Assembly (NCBI GenBank): GCA_965222225.1
Contig: CBDCTK010000002.1
Span: 3,840,001 to 3,904,000 of the forward strand
Reading direction: 5' to 3'
Length of the DNA: 64,000 nucleotides
Source: Candidatus Poribacteria bacterium
GTDB taxonomy: Bacteria; Poribacteria; WGA-4E; JAJDTR01
The position numbers and the translations under genes were made by a program. This document shows, piece by piece, positions 59,918 to 64,000 of the stretch (its first letter is position 1; the number at the start of each line of letters is the position of its first letter). A model generated the notes under the pieces. That model was not told the DNA's origin. It searched no databases and saw only the letters and a program-made list of their open reading frames with translations.

Positions 59918-60064
59918 TCAACCTAGGGCGGATTCCATCTCGCTCGAAAGATCAAGACTCTTTTGCGCGATCAGGTTGGGCGTGAGCGTGGTGGCTGCTA
60001 CGATGCCGATTAACATGAGCACGCCGCCGAGCGCAATGTACCCCGATTTCTGCTTGTAATTCAT
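59918..60064 (-). pseudogene. 48-aa ORF that is mostly a signal peptide; probable truncated secreted-protein gene
   Basis: MNYKQKSGYIALGGVLMLIGIVAATTLTPNLIAQ..*. Confidence 0.45.
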
Positions 60065-60138
60065 ATATATCTGCCTTTTGTACGGAAAATATGTAGGTTA
60101 GGTTTAGTTGAATATGTGGGAATAGTAAGATTCCATAA

Positions 60139-60297
60139 GAGCCTGTTTGAAAATACAGTTTGTAAGGTGCGATCAAGCGAATGAATAATGAGCGCGATAG
60201 AGATCCTACAGATATGTAGCAGCCAACAATGAAAACATGAAAAAACTTCCGACAAATGACTAAAAATGGCTTTGCCACCGATAATTCAAGCAGGCTC
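60139..60297. mobile_element. MITE, GAGCCTGTTTGAA-TIR family, with internal hairpins replaced by a hairpin element (60171-60206)
   Basis: TIRs, TAA duplication; 159 bp vs ~210 bp for the unfilled copies. Confidence 0.88.
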
Positions 60298-60371
60298 TAA
60301 GATTCCCTTTTCAAGTAAAAACTAGGATTCACCGCAAGTACATTTTCAATCGGATTCTTATAGCTATTCGC

Positions 60372-61217
60372 TTACGAACACTCGGTGGAGGTTCCACGTG
60401 CCTTGGCGAAGAAACCGAGCAGCTTTCCCAGTGTTTCAGGCAAGCCCTCACGCGGAATGTAGCGATCGATGAACGCGTCGCAATTCGGTGCGTCCAGGAT
60501 GCTTTCCATCCTCGTCTGTGTGGCGGCGACAAGCCGTTGTTCCGTAAGGGTGAGGGCAGAGGGACTTGCGCCTTCAGCCAATACAATATCGCCTGTCGGA
60601 AATCTGGTTGAGAGTGCGCCGGCGTTCGCGTCTGTCAGCACAGTTATCTGTGGCAGCCTTGTTTCCGACAGTTTCGCCATTTCGGTTGATAGATAAGTGA
60701 TTTCGGCGAAGGACAACTCGGAGGCAGATGTTCGATCTGTCGCATTCAACTTCGGCACGGCGTCGTTTGAATAAACGCATATCAGCGGAAACCCCTTCAG
60801 CAGCGCGGTACGAATCGCAATGAGCAGTGTGACGAAATGAAGTCGCTGTGGGGGCGCAAGAGGATGAATAACAGTCAGAATGGTCGGGCATCCTGAAATC
60901 TCCCCCTCGCCAGCGGCTATAATGCGATCCGGCAAATCCGGGCAAACGGTTTGAGCAACCAAATCCGTAAGATCGAGGGATTCCAGCAATGATGGCGGTG
61001 CGGAGGTAGGAAAAAGGTCTGTCCATAAGTCGGTTGAAAATATATGGTTCAAACGTTGCTCTGCCGGGAAAGGAAGATAGTACCCACACGAGGGGCAGAG
61101 GTACAGATTGCGTTCTAACGCTTGCCTGAACGCAAGTTCATCACAACCATCGCACTTATGCCATAACCCGTCGGGGCTTTCTTTATGTTCTGTTGCTGGA
61201 TTCACTGGCGTCTCCAC
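60372..61217 (-). CDS. Degenerate acetyl-CoA carboxylase carboxyltransferase beta (AccD)-like protein
   Basis: PDGLWHKCDGC..L.RNLYLCPSCGY zinc ribbon, GDIVLAE, FIDRYIPR..L..TL; catalytic Gly motifs absent. Confidence 0.65.
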   Translation of the reverse strand: METPVNPATEHKESPDGLWHKCDGCDELAFRQALERNLYLCPSCGYYLPFPAEQRLNHIFSTDLWTDLFPTSAPPSLLESLDLTDLVAQTVCPDLPDRIIAAGEGEISGCPTILTVIHPLAPPQRLHFVTLLIAIRTALLKGFPLICVYSNDAVPKLNATDRTSASELSFAEITYLSTEMAKLSETRLPQITVLTDANAGALSTRFPTGDIVLAEGASPSALTLTEQRLVAATQTRMESILDAPNCDAFIDRYIPREGLPETLGKLLGFFAKARGTSTECS

Positions 61218-61299
61218 GAAATCGGTTTTTCATCAGCTAATACCATTCCGCTTGAATAATAGTGCATATGATGTCTGAATTATATCGTTCACTTTCTCC

Positions 61300-61368
61300 G
61301 TAGACGGGATCAACTGACTGGATAAGGAAGGCGATAGCTAATCCCGATAGAGATTTCCTTGCCCCGCC
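61300..61368 (+). repeat. REP with inserted hairpin element
   Basis: GTAGACGG GATCAA CT GA CT GGATA AG GA AG GCGATAG CTAATCCC GATAGAGATTTCC TTGCCCCGCC. Confidence 0.85.
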
Positions 61369-61487
61369 GACTTTGCACGGAGACAAGGCGTCTTATTCCG
61401 CTCCACGCAAGATTCTTTAATTGATCCACGTAATCAATGCACTTGCATTTTAAAGAAATGGTATAATACGCATGCTCGGTAAAATTA

Positions 61488-61838
61488 TCACCCTTCCTGA
61501 AACGATCGTATTGCCTCCTCTTCATTATCATATCGGTCAAAGATAGTCATCAGTTTCGACATAACAATCAGGCTGTTGATGTTCCCGCTGACATTCAGCA
61601 AGGCGATGCGTCCACCCCTGCGTTGGACAGACGTGTAGGCGGCGATGACGATTCCAAGACCGGAACTGTCCATCGCCCGCACATGTTTCATGTTTAGCAG
61701 CATTCTCACGTCGCCATCTTCTGCGCTGCCAATCTCTTCATCAATGATATTCTTGAGCGCGAGGCTTTCGGATTCGGTGATTCTCCCGTCAATGTCTAGA
61801 ACGGTTACTCCTCCCGTTTGGCGGACATCAATGTTCAT
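61488..61838 (-). CDS. STAS-domain anti-sigma factor antagonist (RsbV/SpoIIAA-like)
   Basis: MDSSGLG phosphoacceptor motif. Confidence 0.9.
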   Translation of the reverse strand: MNIDVRQTGGVTVLDIDGRITESESLALKNIIDEEIGSAEDGDVRMLLNMKHVRAMDSSGLGIVIAAYTSVQRRGGRIALLNVSGNINSLIVMSKLMTIFDRYDNEEEAIRSFQEG

Positions 61839-61896
61839 GAAAAACTCCCCGAGGTAGCGATGCCTTCGAGCTAAATCCGGCGATGGCTGACGTAGG

Positions 61897-62322
61897 TTAA
61901 GTGGCGGAAGGCTTGGATTTTACCATTCTGACAATCTTTCCCGACGCCTCATAAGTCACCGAATCCATGTAAGTCTCCATCAGAAATATCCCTCTCCCAC
62001 TGCTTTTGAGACGGTTGGAAGGTTCTAGAGGATTCGCCACGGTTTCGCGATTGAATCCCGCCCCCTGATCTTCGACAACAACCGTCAGTTGTTCCTGGCT
62101 CAAGATAAATTCAAAGCGAGTTCTCTTGCCCGAATCTTCGTTGTTTCCGTGTTTGATGGCATTCACAGCCGCTTCAATCACTGCCAGATTAATCTGCTCG
62201 CTTTCCTCCTTGTCAAAGCCCATATCACTCACGATTTCCGATATTATGGCATCAATCACATATACGAAATGTGTTGAGCTTGGCAGGTTAAGATGAATAA
62301 CGTGGTCGGTTGTCTTCGTCAC
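61897..62322 (-). CDS. Anti-sigma factor Ser/Thr kinase (RsbW-like)
   Basis: LAVIEAAVNAIKHG, DQGAGF, GRGIFLM. Confidence 0.9.
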   Translation of the reverse strand: MTKTTDHVIHLNLPSSTHFVYVIDAIISEIVSDMGFDKEESEQINLAVIEAAVNAIKHGNNEDSGKRTRFEFILSQEQLTVVVEDQGAGFNRETVANPLEPSNRLKSSGRGIFLMETYMDSVTYEASGKIVRMVKSKPSAT

Positions 62323-62408
62323 TGTGTGGCTCCCAACAGGTATCCGGGAATCAAGGTTAGCGCGACTGTCGGAAACTGTCTCTCCGATGAATATTAATGT
62401 CCTTCTTC

Positions 62409-63623
62409 TCAGTCTGTGGTCACTTTCAGGACGACAAGCGTGAGATCGTCGGTCTGCTGCTTTCTGCCGATGAAGTCCACGAGATTGTCCTCGATTGTCT
62501 TACAAATCATCTCGGCAGATAGATTCTTGCTAGACCTAATAACATCCAAAAGCCGTTCCTCTCCGTAAAAAGCGCCGTCCGTTTCACGCTCTGCTTCGGT
62601 GAAACCATCCGTATAGAAAAGAATTGTATCCCCACACTCAAGCTGGACGGTTTCGTTTTCAAACTCCGCGAAATCAAAACTGCCTGCCACCATTCCGCCG
62701 GTGCGGAGTTGATGGATTTTCAACTTCGTGCCCTTAACTCCCAGTTTTCGCTTGTTGTGAACCCCCGTATCCTTCAAATGCAGTGGGTGGCAATGCCCGG
62801 CGTTTGAATAGGTGAAGCTCAGTGTTTTGGGATCCAAAATCCCGTAGACCATAGTCGCGAAAAGATCGGGTTCCGTGTCAATTACGAGAAGATCGTTAAT
62901 GCTTTTAATAACCGCTGCGGGCGATGATTCTTGGCGACAAACCAGCCGTAATGCGGTACGAATCATTACCATCAACAACGCTGCCGGAATTCCCTTTCCC
63001 CGCACATCCGCTATGACTATCCCCAAACAGCCATCATCAAAAGGGATGAAATCATAGAAGTCTCCGGAGACCGACGTGGAACTCCGCAGAACACCGCTGA
63101 TGTCAAATCCGGGGAGATTGGGAGGCGCTTGAGGTAGAAGCCGCTGTTGGATGGTAGCCGCCGTTTTCAGGTGAGTCGCCAATTGTTCAACCCCGGTTTC
63201 GCTGAACCAATCTCCCATTGCGCCAATTAGAGGGTTGATATATTTTGTCGGTTGCGTTCTTCCGAGGACAGCTTTAATCCGCGCCGTAAGTTCCTTCAAA
63301 TCGAACGGTTTGGTGATGTAGTCATCCGCGCCGGCATCCAACCCTTGGAGTTTCTCGTTAATCAGCGCTCGTGCCGTAAGCATGATGACAGGAATTGCGC
63401 GAGTCTGCGAATTGCTTCTAAGATTGTCAATGACTTCAAAGCCATCCATCTTGGGCATCATCAGGTCCAATAGGATGAGGTCGGGCACGTGTGATTTGGC
63501 TTTCTCGATGGCATCCAACCCATTGACCGCCGTAATCACATTGTACCCATCCGAGTCCAAGCTTATTTCGAGCAAATCGAGAATATCGACATCATCATCG
63601 ACTGCCAAGATTGTTTGAGCCAT
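62409..63623 (-). CDS. REC + PP2C/SpoIIE phosphatase (RsbU/RsbY-like)
   Basis: REC (DLILLDLMMPKMDG, GADDYITKPF); GDFYD, IADV.GKG, NAGH, YTDG, DDLT. Confidence 0.92.
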   Translation of the reverse strand: MAQTILAVDDDVDILDLLEISLDSDGYNVITAVNGLDAIEKAKSHVPDLILLDLMMPKMDGFEVIDNLRSNSQTRAIPVIMLTARALINEKLQGLDAGADDYITKPFDLKELTARIKAVLGRTQPTKYINPLIGAMGDWFSETGVEQLATHLKTAATIQQRLLPQAPPNLPGFDISGVLRSSTSVSGDFYDFIPFDDGCLGIVIADVRGKGIPAALLMVMIRTALRLVCRQESSPAAVIKSINDLLVIDTEPDLFATMVYGILDPKTLSFTYSNAGHCHPLHLKDTGVHNKRKLGVKGTKLKIHQLRTGGMVAGSFDFAEFENETVQLECGDTILFYTDGFTEAERETDGAFYGEERLLDVIRSSKNLSAEMICKTIEDNLVDFIGRKQQTDDLTLVVLKVTTD

Positions 63624-64000
63624 CAAACGCCAACGTCCTTTGTCAATTCTATCGGCAGAGTAAACTGAAAATTGCTTCCGCGTCCTTCGTACCCGTCCTC
63701 AACCCACACGGTGCCGCCGTGTGATTCTACAATACTTTTTACAATCGACAGTCCCAAGCCGGTACCTCCCTCCTGACGGGTGTTGATGTTTCCAAGTTGA
63801 TGGAATCGATTGAAGACTTGCTCACGTTCCTTGATGGGTATCCCTTCTCCCGTATCAATGACTTCGATATGTAACGCCCTATCCGCTTTGCCGGACAGTG
63901 TACCGTCGGCGCTAATTCTTACGGCGATTTTGCCGCTCTCGGGGGTAAACTTGATTGCATTGCCAATGAGGTTGGTAAAAACTTGTCCAATTCGTTCCTG
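63623..64000 (-). CDS. Sensor histidine kinase, C-terminal HATPase part (runs off the window)
   Basis: QVFTNLIGNAIKFTP, DTGEGIP, GTGLGLSIV..HGG; TGA overlaps the next ATG. Confidence 0.88.
   Translation of the reverse strand, partial: QERIGQVFTNLIGNAIKFTPESGKIAVRISADGTLSGKADRALHIEVIDTGEGIPIKEREQVFNRFHQLGNINTRQEGGTGLGLSIVKSIVESHGGTVWVEDGYEGRGSNFQFTLPIELTKDVGV

Overview
Bacterial chromosomal window with no rRNA, tRNA, CRISPR array or prophage. Gene content points to Candidatus Poribacteria (inference): four PhyH-family dioxygenases, tandem Gfo/Idh/MocA and Asp-box sialidase-like paralogs, FG-GAP and WD40 secreted proteins with an NxPNPFNPET C-terminal domain, and a LamG-like protein ending in KLATTWGRIK. 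Housekeeping genes include glmS, lutABC, tsaB, ino1, glxK, gmhB, rfaE1 and an Rsb-type partner-switching module. There is one IS5-family element, one IS701-family element, a MITE family and many GTAG-headed REP hairpins. The main observation is non-coding. About 25 intergenic loci carry a ~37-bp element, GATCAA-XX-GA-YY-GRATA-Y'Y'-GA-X'X'-GCGATAG-(N)ATCCC. Its two variable dinucleotide pairs co-vary as reverse complements around tandem G.A mismatches. It sits in a fixed orientation inside several different REP hairpins, leaves no target duplication, and inserts into itself to form nested arrays. No candidate mobilising enzyme is encoded in the window. Coordinates were counted by hand and may be off by a few bases. 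Family assignments come from motif recognition, not database searches.
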